Part shown: positions 62,585-64,000 of the stretch, in pieces
Layout: the number at the start of each line of letters is the position of its first letter
Position numbering within the stretch: the first letter of the stretch is position 1
IMG/VR virus record: IMGVR_UViG_3300029267_004155
Length of the DNA stretch: 64,000 bases
Origin: a virus
Taxonomy: Duplodnaviria; Caudoviricetes
Strand: one strand, 5' to 3'
The notes under the pieces: generated by a model
Databases searched by the model: none
What the model was told of the DNA's origin: nothing
Seen by the model: the letters and a program-made list of their open reading frames with translations, nothing else
Made by a program: the position numbers and the translations under genes

Positions 62585-64000
62585 CCACAGGTTCCCGTTC
62601 TGCTGGGTGAGGTCCGACCTGGACCGGGTCGACAGGCATGGCCACAAGGTCTTCTCCACGTTCTCGTGCGGAGGGGGCAGCTCCTTCGGATACAAGATGG
62701 CCGGCTTCGACGTGGTCGGGTGCGTCGAGATCGACAAGGAGATGATGGAGCTGTACCAGGCCAACCATCATCCGACCCACTCCTTCTTGGAGCCGATACA
62801 GGAGTTCAAGGAGCGCGAGGACTACCCCGACGAGCTCTACGACCTGGACATCCTGGACGGGAGCCCTCCTTGCTTCGCGGCCGGGACCCCGGTTCTGACC
62901 ATGAGGGGGGTTCTGCCGATCGAGCAGGTGAGGGTCGGCGACCTCGTCCTGACGCACATGCGCAGGTGGCGGCGCGTGACGGACACGATGAGCAGGACGA
63001 GTCCGACGGTGCTCCTGGATAACAGGATCGAGGTGACGCCGGACCACCCTTTTCTCGCCAGGAAGCCAGAGAGGAGTCCGGAGGCGAAGAACCTTGGAGA
63101 AGAGGGGTGGGTTCAGGCGAAGGATGTGGGAGGGATGTTTCTGGCGACCCCGACGGAGATGGGGTTGGCGGACTGGGTCGCATCCCCGGAGGGTTTCGAG
63201 TATTCGGCTCCGTTTTGGTACATGGTTGGAAGGTGGCTTGGCGATGGGTGGGTGAGGTACGAGGAGGCTGGGGATGAGCCATATCGGAAGCAGCCGAGGT
63301 ATGTTTCCGAGCAGCGCCATTGTGCCAACTGCGAGACGGAGATGGCGAGGCCGCATGCCAGGTACGAAGGGTGGTGGACGTCGTATTGCTCGGAGAGGTG
63401 CAGGCGCCAGTTCAAGGACGGGCGCCATAAGCGTGGAAGGGCGGTGGCGATCATTTGCTGCTGCGATGACGAGTCGGAGGACCTCCAGGGGAGGTTGGAG
63501 GAGGTTGGCTGTCATATTGGCAGTGGCGACCAGGAGACGGTGACCAGGAAGTTCGTGAACAGCAAGGCTCTGGTTCTCTGGCTGATGGGGCACTTCGGAA
63601 AGGGTGCGTCTGGGAAGACCATGCCAGGCTTCGTGTTCTCGATGAATAGGGAGTGGAGGAGTGCGTTGCTGTCGGGGTATCTCGACGCGGACGGGACGCG
63701 GTATGATGAGGGTTACTGGGTGGCGACCACGGTCGGGAGGTGCCTGCTGGCCGGGATGAACCTTCTCGCGAGCTCTCTGGGGTTCACGACCTCGATCGTC
63801 AGGCGCAAACCGAACAGCGACGTGATCGAGGGCCGAAAGGTCAATGTGTCCGTGTCGTGGCATCTGTCGATCAGGGAGGACGACGGTCGATACACCATGG
63901 TGGACGAAGGCATGCGGTGGCGGAAGATGAGAAGGGCCGTCGTGCCGGCCAGCGAGCTGACGACGGTGCACGATCTGACGGTGGAGGAGGATCATAGCTT
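62574..64000 (+). CDS. C5 cytosine DNA methyltransferase with intein (runs off window; absent from ORF track)
   Basis: Hand translation: VFSTFSCGGGSSFGY.MAG, VEID, ILDGSPP then intein; no stop up to the window end. Confidence 0.88.
   Translation, partial: MTSSHRFPFCWVRSDLDRVDRHGHKVFSTFSCGGGSSFGYKMAGFDVVGCVEIDKEMMELYQANHHPTHSFLEPIQEFKEREDYPDELYDLDILDGSPPCFAAGTPVLTMRGVLPIEQVRVGDLVLTHMRRWRRVTDTMSRTSPTVLLDNRIEVTPDHPFLARKPERSPEAKNLGEEGWVQAKDVGGMFLATPTEMGLADWVASPEGFEYSAPFWYMVGRWLGDGWVRYEEAGDEPYRKQPRYVSEQRHCANCETEMARPHARYEGWWTSYCSERCRRQFKDGRHKRGRAVAIICCCDDESEDLQGRLEEVGCHIGSGDQETVTRKFVNSKALVLWLMGHFGKGASGKTMPGFVFSMNREWRSALLSGYLDADGTRYDEGYWVATTVGRCLLAGMNLLASSLGFTTSIVRRKPNSDVIEGRKVNVSVSWHLSIREDDGRYTMVDEGMRWRKMRRAVVPASELTTVHDLTVEEDHS
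62871..64000 (+). mobile_element. intein with LAGLIDADG homing endonuclease
   Basis: Block A CFAAGTPVLT, block B VTPDHPF, GRWLGDG and GYLDADG motifs, block F VHDLTVEEDHS at the window edge. Confidence 0.9.

Overview
High-GC (roughly two-thirds G+C by eye), densely packed, almost entirely + strand segment that looks like part of a large (jumbo-type) bacteriophage genome. This is inferred from the gene content; no capsid, portal or full terminase gene is recognisable in the window. It holds replication, recombination and nucleotide genes: the DnaE C-terminal part, a half SbcC/Rad50, a RecB-type nuclease, RuvC, class II RNR, two ParB-N proteins and a C5 DNA methyltransferase with a LAGLIDADG intein. 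It also holds a very large glycan-modification arsenal: about 20 glycosyltransferase-like genes, RmlA, RmlC, a DegT aminotransferase, a GNAT, methyltransferases and five sulfotransferase-like domains, several with SEL1 repeats. The stand-out is an ~11 kb array (32.4-43.5 kb) of short, mutually unrelated ORFs sharing an ~19-aa tag, MDGxKIARELVEAARELxG (12 clear copies plus degenerate ones), and a second RVAxxF tag. Domains in the array include ADP-ribosyltransferase-like folds, a zincin protease, a ParB-like domain and a TMEM65-like protein; tagged Acb1-like and ChaB-like genes lie nearby. Direct repeats and chimeric remnants show cassette turnover by recombination. I interpret this, as inference, as a shuffled library of capsid-targeted, injected effector proteins. 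Three recurring promoter-like motifs and a possible divergent sigma factor were also found. All family calls come from motif recognition by eye, not database searches.
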